From Minisyncoccota bacterium (lineage in GTDB: Archaea > Nanobdellota > Nanobdellia > Pacearchaeales > GW2011-AR1), in NCBI GenBank assembly GCA_035453125.1, contig DAOTCN010000002.1, forward strand, positions 289,993-353,992: a stretch of DNA of 64,000 bases, in the 5' to 3' direction. Below, one piece after another: positions 63,897-64,000 of the stretch. The notes beneath the pieces were generated by a model. It worked only from the letters and a program-made list of their open reading frames with translations. It did no database searches and was not told the origin of the DNA. The translations under genes and the position numbers were made by a program. Each line of letters starts with the position of its first letter. Within the stretch, counting starts at the first letter, position 1.

Positions 63897-64000
63897 ATTA
63901 GAACCAGTTTGTTTTCCTATTTATCAGTTATCCCTTGTGAATATATGAAGCAATATTTTCAATAGTGAGTATATACACAAAACATTTATATATATCCCAA

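Noticed and set aside
1-64000. CRISPR arrays, rRNA genes, transposase/IS elements
   Set aside because: I found no regularly spaced short repeats with unique spacers, no rRNA-like conserved GC-rich segments and no DDE/IS-type ORFs with terminal inverted repeats. The only regular repeats are the coding tandem repeat at 760-1149 and the att-related repeats.

Overview
This is a very AT-rich, gene-dense archaeal chromosome segment. Archaeal markers include RFC small and large subunits, an archaeal-type ProRS, deoxyhypusine synthase, a tiny eL41 gene, a CDP-alcohol phosphatidyltransferase, and two tRNA genes with long introns at position 37/38. A tRNA-Ile with anticodon UAU and the many small surface proteins suggest a DPANN-like, reduced-genome organism; that lineage assignment is inference only. 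Housekeeping genes (proS, gatB, minD, metG, rfcL/rfcS, corA, trxA, dys) flank an accessory block of about 20.6 kb (about 18.0-38.6 kb) built onto the 3' end of tRNA-Asp(GUC). The first part of this block is a 16.1-kb integrative element bounded by a perfect 21-bp direct repeat of the tRNA 3' end. It carries an intact tyrosine integrase, a regulator and replication-like module, a small serine recombinase, a complete type I R-M operon (hsdR-S-M) and five secreted or Cys-rich proteins. Behind it lie at least four further decayed copies of the same att core. These delimit an integrase-less 2.8-kb island holding a TrmB-like regulator and four unrecognisable proteins, and an AbiEi/AbiEii toxin-antitoxin cassette framed by its own long direct repeats. 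A type IB topoisomerase and a DisA-type diadenylate cyclase sit immediately beyond the block; both are unusual for archaea. Other notable items are a surface-protein gene with 2.6 perfect 150-bp tandem repeats, several secreted or anchored proteases (M64-like, metzincin, HtrA-like, S8), an S8-protease/membrane-protein/radical-SAM-SPASM gene string, and a four-gene sugar-type operon. I saw no rRNA genes and no CRISPR array. All calls rest on reading motifs by eye; no database search was run.
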